A DNA stretch of 64,000 nt from Candidatus Latescibacterota bacterium. Its GTDB lineage: Bacteria; Latescibacterota; UBA2968; GCA-2709665. Under the pieces are notes generated by a model. It saw only the letters and a program-made list of their open reading frames with translations. It ran no database searches and was not told the DNA's origin. The position numbers were made by a program, and so were the translations under genes. Of this stretch, positions 30,631 through 38,746 are shown piece after piece. The stretch spans positions 5,216,001-5,280,000 of the forward strand of contig OZ241917.1 of assembly GCA_965203805.1 (NCBI GenBank), read 5' to 3'. Numbering within the stretch: position 1 is the first letter of the stretch; every line of letters starts with the position of its first letter.

Positions 30631-31122
30631 ATGGGCACTACAGTGATGGATGTAAAGTCAGTGGAGAATTTGCCGTTTGCAATACATAGGCCAATAAGGC
30701 AATATATGGGTGGCCTATCGCACCCCTCGAACGTGAAAGAAATCCGCTTGGGGTTTGAGGAAACGAATAAGGCTATTTTGGCAGTAATGGCCGACTGGTA
30801 CAAGTTTTTGCAGTTGCTTGAGCAGAACCCACAGAATTACAAGTCTATGTGCCGTGACGGCGACGTGGCGGCAACAATCGAAGGACTGGAGGAAGTCGGG
30901 AACAATCCACCTACGGAAGTTTGGACGTCCTTTGGTAAGTTGATTAAGAGATTCGACACCGCCACGTACGAAAAGTTCAAAGAGGTAGATGAAAATGCGA
31001 AGGCGTGCCGCGCACTCCTTCGGGAAGTAAGTTGGAACTTGCTGCTTTTGGACCGAGAACACAAGCCCTGCACTGGAGGCTCTTATCCCATTGATGAAGT
31101 AATTGCAAGTCTGCGGAGTTAG
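30631..31122 (+). CDS. Hypothetical helical protein, putative antitoxin (paralogue of 45181-45660)
   Basis: Shares MGxTVM, LEQNPQ, YExFKxVD, E(V/I)SWNL with the 45181-45660 protein; directly upstream of a RelE-like gene. Confidence 0.7.
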   Translation: MGTTVMDVKSVENLPFAIHRPIRQYMGGLSHPSNVKEIRLGFEETNKAILAVMADWYKFLQLLEQNPQNYKSMCRDGDVAATIEGLEEVGNNPPTEVWTSFGKLIKRFDTATYEKFKEVDENAKACRALLREVSWNLLLLDREHKPCTGGSYPIDEVIASLRS

Positions 31123-31124
31123 AA

Positions 31125-31427
31125 TTGTATGGATCGTTTTTTCCACCCATCGAGCGCATAGAGTTCTATGATAATGGCGTAAAAAAGGACGCACGTAAGT
31201 TGCCGGATCCCGTAAAGGAACGCCTTCGAGAATTCGTAGACGACCTAAAAAACGGCCATGTTTCATCGGTGGGGAAAAATATCTCGCATATCTCAGGCAT
31301 TAAAAAATACCGATTGAACGATCAATTTCGCGTGGCGTTTACCATACGGAAAGACACAGCAAGTATATTATGCATCGGAAACCATGATGAAATGGACGAA
31401 TTCTTGAAAGCAGCCAGACGCCTCTAA
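31125..31427 (+). CDS. RelE/ParE-superfamily toxin-like protein
   Basis: KDARKLP...KKYRLNDQFRVAF...ILCIGNHDE; paralogue of 44844-45161. Confidence 0.7.
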   Translation: MYGSFFPPIERIEFYDNGVKKDARKLPDPVKERLREFVDDLKNGHVSSVGKNISHISGIKKYRLNDQFRVAFTIRKDTASILCIGNHDEMDEFLKAARRL

Positions 31428-31743
31428 GCCAATTCCCACCTCTTGTCCCCCCGGCTTTTCAGCCACCGCAGCCACGACGGAAGACCCACCTCATCCGGAC
31501 AATCGTTTGAGCCTTACGGGCATTGTGACGGCCCGCGAACTCCTGGGCATAAATAACCCTTGAATTGAAATCATCTTGCCACATCTTGAAACGTGGCGTC
31601 GTGTGGGATCAAGCCCGATGCTGGGGTAACGGAGTTCCATAGACCACGACGGCGTCGCGAATCGGTGGACCACCCGGGATCAGGCGTCCGGCTGTGAGCG
31701 GAATTTTCCCCGGCTGAACCATGTGTCCTCCGGAGATTTCATG

Positions 31744-31790
31744 GGGTCCTGGAGATAGAGGCAGCGTTCTCCAAGGACCCTTTTCGTTTT
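31744..31790 (+). terminator. Intrinsic terminator-like hairpin
   Basis: GGGTCCTGGAG-loop-CTCCAAGGACCC followed by TTTTCGTTTT. Confidence 0.55.
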
Positions 31791-32081
31791 TGGAATATTA
31801 CCGGAAGCAGTAAATAGTGGACAGTGGCCAGTGGTCAGGAAGAGCACGTGTCAGCTTCCATTTATACCCAAGAGCGACAAATAGGTGACAACCAGTCCCC
31901 ACCAATGGAGAGTACGTGGATATAAACTGTAGCGTGCTCCCCGTAATGTGCCTCGCTCAGACCGATTTGCCGGTCGTTTTTCCGGAAAAACGGGCGTATA
32001 TTAATATGAGGAGTGATGAACATGGGATATTTGTCCGTCTTTCGCGATTATAGGTAGCCATTGCTGTCCATGAACGGATTT

Positions 32082-32168
32082 GTAGGGGCGTCCCTTGTGG
32101 GCCTGCCCGCAGCGCCTGTCTGCGTACACGCACAGGCAGGCAGGGCACTGCGCAGGCAGGCGCCCTCC
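32082..32168. repeat. GTAG-type REP-like element with nested CCTG...CAGG palindrome
   Basis: GTAGGGGCGTCCCTTGTGGGCCTGCCC...GCCTGTCTGCGTACACGCACAGGCAGGC...GGCGCCCT. Confidence 0.55.
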
Positions 32169-32326
32169 ATTTGGATGGGAATCCGTAGGGTTTGCGTCGC
32201 GGCGAGAATGGATTCTTGCGCGGTAATGTGGGCGTCCTATACGTACCGGCAGCCACCAGACCTCATACGGCACAATGTTGTTCTTCACGGGGGAATACCA
32301 TGACGACAAAGAGGAACAGAGCGAAG

Positions 32327-32371
32327 CAAAAAAGGGGACATCAAAAAAGGGGACATCAAAAAAGGGGACAT
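32327..32371 (+). repeat. Perfect 15-bp tandem repeat x3 (CAAAAAAGGGGACAT)
   Basis: Three exact copies; encodes (QKRGH)3 in small ORF 32300-32491. Confidence 0.9.
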
Positions 32372-32548
32372 CCAGTTGTCAAACCATCGGTGGAAACACT
32401 CGACGAGGTTCCTGGGAACCTGAAGCGAGCGCCATTAAACTCTCGCCAGAAGGTACATGGCGGGCGGAAGTATCTCGATCGGAGCCGATGAGGTCTGCGG
32501 ATCATTACGTGACTTTAACTCAAACGAATACCGTGCAAAGGTAGAGAT

Positions 32549-35500
32549 ATGTCAGGACGCCTATTTACTGACTATTTCCTCACAGATGGCATCAAGGACA
32601 CCGACGAATGGAGGGCCTCGGTTGAGAATGCGGAGGCATTCGCCACTTTCAGGGACGGCGTAAGCGAGCGTTACGATGCCCTTTGTCGTTCCGGGGATCC
32701 TAACGAGGCGGTTACCGAGCAGGAGCTGATCAGACCGGTTCTGGAGTTGCTGGGGTGGGCGCACTATCTGCCCCAGCAGGGCGCGGCTGCCAATGAGGAT
32801 ATTCCCGACCATCTTCTTTTCGCCGATGCCGATTCCAAGCAAGTTGCCTCTACGAAGCGCAACGCAGGTGCCCGCTTCCGAAACGCGGTGGCAGTGGAGG
32901 AGAGCAAGCGCTTTGGACTTTCCCTGGACGAACGTGACAAGGAGGACAAAGTCCGTACCGGGACGCCTCACGGCCAGATCCGCAGGTACCTCTCAACGGC
33001 CGATATCGAGTCGGAGGGTCGGATTCGATGGGGCATCCTGACCAACGGCAGGGTTTGGCGTCTCTACGATCACCACGCCAGGCCACGAGCGACGGGTTAC
33101 TTTGAAGTCGATCTGGAAAAACTGCTCAAGTCGGATACCGTAGACGACCTGCGGGTTTTTCATCTGTTGTTTCAACGGAATGCTTTCACGCTGAGTGACG
33201 GCGCGACGACCACGTTTCTCGAAGCCGCCCTTGCAGAGGGAAAGCGCTATGAGGAAAAGGTCACGCAGGATCTCTCCGGGGTTGTCTTTGAACGTGTGTT
33301 TCCGGCTCTGGTTGAAGCGCTGGCCGATAAATCGGGCGAAAGCCTGACCGATTGCCGGAACGCCGCGCTGGTTTTGCTCTATCGTCTGCTCTTTGTCCTT
33401 TACGCGGAGGACCGTGGCCTCCTGCCCGTTAGTGATTCACGTTACGACGACTACGGCCTTCGTAAACGGGTGCGGTACGATATTGCGAACAGAATGAAAG
33501 ACGGGGACACCTTTTCCGCGATCGCCACGAATTACTACGACCGACTTGTCAATCTTTTCCGAATTATCGATAACGGCGATCCATCCATTGGGCTCCCCGC
33601 GTACAACGGCGGCCTTTTTGCTCCGGCAGCCACTCCAATACTGGAACGCGCCCGCCTATCGGACGCTGAAATTGCGCCCATAATCTACGGTCTGAGCCAC
33701 GTCAGGGAACCGCAGGGAGAATACCAATTTGTCAATTACCGTGACATGTCGGTTCAGCAGCTGGGCTCGATCTACGAACGGCTGCTGGAGCGCGAACCCG
33801 TCTTGGAAGAAGACGGCAAGGTCGTCATTCGACCGAATCCGTATGCCCGTAAGGACAGCGGCAGCTTCTATACACCACAAGAACTTGTCGATCTGATTGT
33901 CGACCGGACCCTGAAGCCGCTGGTCGAAGAGCGTCTCAAAACCTTCGAGGATCGGGCCGCCGCGCTCAAAAGCGACCGCAGGCCGAAGTCGGAACGAAGG
34001 TCTCAGCTCGAACGGATCGATCCGGCGGTAGCTGTCCTGAATCTGAAGGTCCTGGACCCGGCGATGGGAAGCGGCCATTTCCTGGTTACCGCCGTGGATT
34101 TCCTCTCGGACGCCGTCGCTGATTTGATCGAATCCGTCCCTGCCGTGCCTGATTGGCTCGATGGCGCCTACGAGTCACCCCTTGTCAAACGCGTCGAGTC
34201 GATTCGCAGCGATATCATCCGTCGGTCCAGGGAGTTGAATTGGGTACTGGATGAAACTCAGCTTAACGACCAGGCCATTATACGCCGCGTGGTGCTCAAA
34301 CGCTGTATCTATGGGGTGGACAAAAACCCGTTAACCGTCGAGTTGGCCAAGGTGTCCCTCTGGTTGCACAGCTTCACCGTAGGCGCGCCTTTGTCCTTTC
34401 TCGATCACCATCTGCGCTGCGGGGACTCGCTGCTCGGCATGCGAGTGTCGGATGGCTTGAAGGATCTTTCACAGTTGGGCAACCTTACTACAGGTACGGC
34501 CATCGCACAAGCAGAGCAATCAACTAAGGGCATGCAAAAGATCGAAACCGTGACCGACGTTGATGTTGCGGAAGTCCACCGGTCTTCGGCGCTCTTTGGT
34601 GAAGTAGAGAATGCGACCTCAGATATACGCGGGCTACTCGACTTTCTTTGTGGTCGGCGGTGGCTCAAGGCGGGGATTAAGAAAAAAGACGCCGCTCAAT
34701 TTGAGGAACCACTCATCAAGACGCTTTTTCAACACAAACCGATTGCCTATAGACTTCTGGCACGCGGCCCACTTCAACTTGACAGTGGTGACCACGAGAC
34801 TGGTGTTGGCGACTGGTCGAAGTTTTGCAGGTTCTGGCAACGCACACAAACAATCGCTGAAGGCGAAGGTTTTGTGCACTGGGAGGTGGCATTCCCTGGG
34901 GTTTGGCACGATTGGGAAAGGAGCCAACCAAACGGCGGATTCGACGCCGTAATTGGTAATCCGCCATGGGACCGCATCAAGCTGCAGGAGGTAGAGTGGT
35001 TTTCGAATCGTGACCGCGTACTCGCCCGGGCGCCGACGGCGGCCGCCAGGCGAGAGGGCATCCGGCGGCTGCGCGATCAGCATTCTACGCTCGTCGACGA
35101 GTTTGACGCGGCTAGGGACCGCTCCGATAGGTTAAGCCGGATGGTCCGATCCTATGGCGAATACCCGTTGCTAGGTCGCGGCGACGTCAATCTTTATTCG
35201 CTGTTCATCGAACGGGCAATGAACCTGATCAAGCCGAATGGTCTAGTTGGCCTTCTTACCCCTTCGGGGATCTGCGCCGACAAGACTGCGGCTAGTTTCT
35301 TCAAGTTTATCTCCACGAGAGGACGCGTGAGTAGTCTTTTTGACTTCGAAAACCGACGTCCCGGGGTGCCCCATTTCTTCCCTGATGTCGACTCCCGTCA
35401 GAAGTTCTGCGCACTGATCTTCGGTGGGGATGAGAGGCAGTTTGAACGGACCAATTGCGCCTTTTTTCTACACGAAACTGAGTCGATCGAAGACGTCGAC

Positions 35501-36586
35501 CGCTGTTTTCCGTTAACTCCGGCGGACTTCGCACGTGTTAATCCAAACACCGGCACAGCCCCTGTTTTTCGTTGCCGGCGCGATGCCGAGATTACCCGGG
35601 GAATCTACGAGCGGTATCCAGTATTGGTGGACCGGTCACGGGGAGGGGAGAAGCGTGTCTGGCCTGTGAAATACGTGCGCATGTTTGATATGACCAACGA
35701 TTCGCACCTCTTCCGAACCGCCGGGCAGCTTAATGGCGACGGCTTTTATCGCGTCCTCGGCAATCGCTATAAACGGGGCGAAGATGAGTATCTGCCCCTG
35801 TACGAAGGGAAAATGGTCCAGGCATATGACCACCGAGCAGCCAGCGTGGTTGTCAACCCACGAAATCTACACCGACCCGCTCAGTCACGTGAAGCCACCG
35901 ACGAGGAACACTCAGACCCTAATTGGCTACCGAGGCCACAGTTCTGGGTGCCATCATCAGAATGTGGCTGGGGATCGGGATCCAATTGGGTGCTTGGTTT
36001 CAAGGAGATTACAGCCTCCACAAACGCGAGGACATTTATCGCCGCATTGTTCCCTGCGGTCGGTTTTGGGAATAAGGTACCGATCTTTAAACCGGAAACT
36101 ACGGATCGCAACGAATGGCTGCTTCTAGCAAATCTCAATTCCATAGTTTGTGACTTCGTGACGCGGCAGAAAATCCAGGGCCAAACTCTGAACCTGTATA
36201 TAGTCGAGCAAATCCCGGTCATCTTGCAAGGAGACTACATTCGTCTGTTCGGCGAAAAGACGGCCTTCGAGCTAGTCCGGGACCACGTGTTGCGGCTCAC
36301 CTATACAGCACACGACATGGCACCATTCGCCCGCGACCTTGGCTACGATGGGCAGCCCTTTGGCTGGGATGAAGAGGAACGCCGCCACCTGCGCGCCCGT
36401 CTCGATGCGCTCTACTTCCACCTGTACGGACTTTCGCGGGACGATGCCGGCTACATACTCGACACTTTTCCAATCGTCCAACGCGAAGACGAAAAAGCCT
36501 TCGGCTGCTACCGCACCAAGGAGATGATCCTAGCGTATATGAACGCCCTCGCGGCAGGTGATACGGAGACGGATGTGGATGTATAG
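32549..36586 (+). CDS. Type IIG restriction-modification enzyme (Eco57I-like fused nuclease/N6-A MTase/TRD)
   Basis: N-terminal IPD...EESK nuclease motif, ILTNG, YNGGLF, LGSIYERLL, GSFYTP, LDPAMGSGHFL, IGNPPW, C-terminal target recognition region. Confidence 0.93.
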   Translation: MSGRLFTDYFLTDGIKDTDEWRASVENAEAFATFRDGVSERYDALCRSGDPNEAVTEQELIRPVLELLGWAHYLPQQGAAANEDIPDHLLFADADSKQVASTKRNAGARFRNAVAVEESKRFGLSLDERDKEDKVRTGTPHGQIRRYLSTADIESEGRIRWGILTNGRVWRLYDHHARPRATGYFEVDLEKLLKSDTVDDLRVFHLLFQRNAFTLSDGATTTFLEAALAEGKRYEEKVTQDLSGVVFERVFPALVEALADKSGESLTDCRNAALVLLYRLLFVLYAEDRGLLPVSDSRYDDYGLRKRVRYDIANRMKDGDTFSAIATNYYDRLVNLFRIIDNGDPSIGLPAYNGGLFAPAATPILERARLSDAEIAPIIYGLSHVREPQGEYQFVNYRDMSVQQLGSIYERLLEREPVLEEDGKVVIRPNPYARKDSGSFYTPQELVDLIVDRTLKPLVEERLKTFEDRAAALKSDRRPKSERRSQLERIDPAVAVLNLKVLDPAMGSGHFLVTAVDFLSDAVADLIESVPAVPDWLDGAYESPLVKRVESIRSDIIRRSRELNWVLDETQLNDQAIIRRVVLKRCIYGVDKNPLTVELAKVSLWLHSFTVGAPLSFLDHHLRCGDSLLGMRVSDGLKDLSQLGNLTTGTAIAQAEQSTKGMQKIETVTDVDVAEVHRSSALFGEVENATSDIRGLLDFLCGRRWLKAGIKKKDAAQFEEPLIKTLFQHKPIAYRLLARGPLQLDSGDHETGVGDWSKFCRFWQRTQTIAEGEGFVHWEVAFPGVWHDWERSQPNGGFDAVIGNPPWDRIKLQEVEWFSNRDRVLARAPTAAARREGIRRLRDQHSTLVDEFDAARDRSDRLSRMVRSYGEYPLLGRGDVNLYSLFIERAMNLIKPNGLVGLLTPSGICADKTAASFFKFISTRGRVSSLFDFENRRPGVPHFFPDVDSRQKFCALIFGGDERQFERTNCAFFLHETESIEDVDRCFPLTPADFARVNPNTGTAPVFRCRRDAEITRGIYERYPVLVDRSRGGEKRVWPVKYVRMFDMTNDSHLFRTAGQLNGDGFYRVLGNRYKRGEDEYLPLYEGKMVQAYDHRAASVVVNPRNLHRPAQSREATDEEHSDPNWLPRPQFWVPSSECGWGSGSNWVLGFKEITASTNARTFIAALFPAVGFGNKVPIFKPETTDRNEWLLLANLNSIVCDFVTRQKIQGQTLNLYIVEQIPVILQGDYIRLFGEKTAFELVRDHVLRLTYTAHDMAPFARDLGYDGQPFGWDEEERRHLRARLDALYFHLYGLSRDDAGYILDTFPIVQREDEKAFGCYRTKEMILAYMNALAAGDTETDVDV

Positions 36587-36613
36587 GCCGCCGGATTGCT
36601 GCGTCGACGACGC

Positions 36614-36642
36614 TTGACCTTGTGTTGGAGATGAGATACGTT
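36614..36642 (+). promoter_or_regulatory. Sigma70-type promoter upstream of the dpdA-like gene
   Basis: TTGACC-N17-TACGTT. Confidence 0.45.
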
Positions 36643-36781
36643 AGACCGGCAGAGAACATCCTCAAGGAGGCGGCATCCTGTCGCGTTCTTCGTTGAATGG
36701 CGAGGCCACGATCCTGCCGCGCACCCTCCGACCGTCGGGTCGCGCGGACAGGCAGGCCTCCAGGCATGAAGTGTTGTGTTT

Positions 36782-38509
36782 ATGAGCAAACAGTTACTCA
36801 TTCTCGGTTGTTCGCAGACGAAGCGAAAGTGCGGTGGTTTACTTCCTGCGATTGACCGCTACGATGGTCCCCCATTTCGGGTAATCAGAAAGTTTTTGAG
36901 AGAACACCACTGGCCGCAAGACGTCTCCATTGGTGTGCTCTCCGCAAGGCACGGTCTGTTCGGAGTCTTGAAGGGCATTAGAGATTACGACGTGAGGATG
37001 GACCTCGCCACGGCCAGATCAAAAGCGCCGGAGTGTTTGTCCGTTCTCCGAAGATGGGTCGCAGACCATGAATCGTTTCATTTGTCTCTAGGGAAGGACT
37101 ATCTGCCCGCCATTGAGCCTGCATTACAGACTCTTGAGATTAGCCCGCGCAGATTTGCCGGCCCCATTGGCATGAAAATGAGCAATATCAAGAATTTCCT
37201 CAAGAGCACATCACCTGAGCGCCGCGAAAGAGTTGAAGTTGAGAGTGGCACCGGAAAACGCAGCTATTTCCTTCCGGATTGGGACGATCTTCTGGATCCG
37301 AATTTCGACTTTGAGGAGGATGTTTTTTCGGGTAATACTCGTGAAGAAAGAGGGGACAAACATTGTTGCGTCCTGATGCAACCTGAACAGATGTGCGATG
37401 GTGTCCTCGTGAGTCTTGCTCAGAATGGGACATCCAAAGGCCCCTTACGGAGATTGCACGGAACTGAACCTGGAGCACTATCGCCGCTACCATTACGCCG
37501 TCAATTTGGTCTTTCGCCAACTCAATACCTCTTTGGTGATTGTGGCGCTTTTAGCTATGTGAACGAGGATGCGCCGACAATTTCCGTGGAACAGGCTGTC
37601 GCACTCTACGAGTTATATGGGTTCGACTTCGGTGCGTCGGTTGATCACATTCCCGTGAAGACAATCAAGACGAACGACAAAAAAACCTCTCTTTCAGATG
37701 ATCAGCGCCAGGCAAGAGTCGATCTCACTCGCGAGAATGCGAAGACATTTATCGAGGCAGCCAATAGTCGGAAAGCTGTATTCAATCCGGTTGGGACCAT
37801 TCAGGCGCTCAACGCCGATCAGTACGCTCAATGTGTCAGGGAATATTTCGACCTTGGATATCGCCATATAGCCCTTGGTGGCCTTGTGCCGCTAAAAGAT
37901 GACGAAATCGAAAGCATTGTGCGAGCAGTCGTCTTAACTGCAAACGACCTCAAAGAGCGACCCTGGATACATCTCTTTGGAGTTTTTCGTCCTGAGTTAC
38001 AAAATCTGTTTCAAGAGCTCAAAATCGATAGCTTTGACAGCGCAACGTACTTCCGGAAGGCTTGGCTCCGATCCACTCAGAATTACCTTGGCAAGAATGG
38101 AAAGTGGTATGCAGCATTGCGAGTACCTATGACAAGTGACGGACGAACACGAAAGCGATTAATAAACGCAGGTGCAGACATTGGTGAACTGGAGAAAGTG
38201 GAACGAAGAGTTCTGGATCTGCTTTGCCGATTTGATAACGATGAGTCGACAGTTGATGAGGTACTGGAAGCGATCCTAAGTTATGACCAGCACCTTGCCA
38301 GGTCCAGTGAGACACAATCCATGCGTGAACAATATCGACGAACTTTGGAAGATCGACCCTGGCGAAAGTGCGAATGCCCGTTTTGTAAGGGAATCGGGAT
38401 ACATACCCTGATTTTCCGAGGGGCGAATCGGAACAAGAGGCGGGGGGCGCACAACACACTCATGCTGTATGGGCGCATTCAGAAGGGAAATCATGTCGAG
38501 AGTATTTGA
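36782..38509 (+). CDS. dpdA: DpdA-like DNA-guanine transglycosylase (TGT fold) with N-terminal YaaA/DUF6884-like domain
   Basis: GDCGAFSY, SVDH, GTIQ, LGGLVP, IHLFG, DSFDSA, Zn site CECPFC...HN; N-terminal LILGCSQTK-PAIDRYDG-LSARHGL. Start ATG 36782 or GTG 36776. Confidence 0.85.
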   Translation: MSKQLLILGCSQTKRKCGGLLPAIDRYDGPPFRVIRKFLREHHWPQDVSIGVLSARHGLFGVLKGIRDYDVRMDLATARSKAPECLSVLRRWVADHESFHLSLGKDYLPAIEPALQTLEISPRRFAGPIGMKMSNIKNFLKSTSPERRERVEVESGTGKRSYFLPDWDDLLDPNFDFEEDVFSGNTREERGDKHCCVLMQPEQMCDGVLVSLAQNGTSKGPLRRLHGTEPGALSPLPLRRQFGLSPTQYLFGDCGAFSYVNEDAPTISVEQAVALYELYGFDFGASVDHIPVKTIKTNDKKTSLSDDQRQARVDLTRENAKTFIEAANSRKAVFNPVGTIQALNADQYAQCVREYFDLGYRHIALGGLVPLKDDEIESIVRAVVLTANDLKERPWIHLFGVFRPELQNLFQELKIDSFDSATYFRKAWLRSTQNYLGKNGKWYAALRVPMTSDGRTRKRLINAGADIGELEKVERRVLDLLCRFDNDESTVDEVLEAILSYDQHLARSSETQSMREQYRRTLEDRPWRKCECPFCKGIGIHTLIFRGANRNKRRGAHNTLMLYGRIQKGNHVESI

Positions 38510-38746
38510 CATTAGCACGGCTTACCGAGACGAAATGATAAAACCAGGTTTTCAAATTCGCAAAGGGACGGTGGGTTCTCGCAAGCCACGACGCTACGGG
38601 TCTTAAGCTGGTTTCACTTCCTGTAAACACTGAAGACGCAAACGGTCGAATAGAGACAACCTTGTGGGCAAGGTTTGGGAAAACTGGTTGAGGAGTGATA
38701 ATGAAACCATTAAGCACCCGACCTAAGGATAGCAAAAGGTCAATCT

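Noticed and set aside
32327-32371. CRISPR-like repeats
   Set aside because: Contiguous 15-bp units with no spacers.
32549-36586. BREX PglX or DISARM methyltransferase
   Set aside because: No pglZ, brxC or drmAB neighbours; it has its own N-terminal nuclease motif, as in stand-alone type IIG enzymes.
36782-38509. Housekeeping tRNA-guanine transglycosylase (tgt)
   Set aside because: Lacks the canonical TP-FMPVGT and DSGGFQ motifs, carries an extra N-terminal domain and lies in a defence island; DpdA-like is the better fit.
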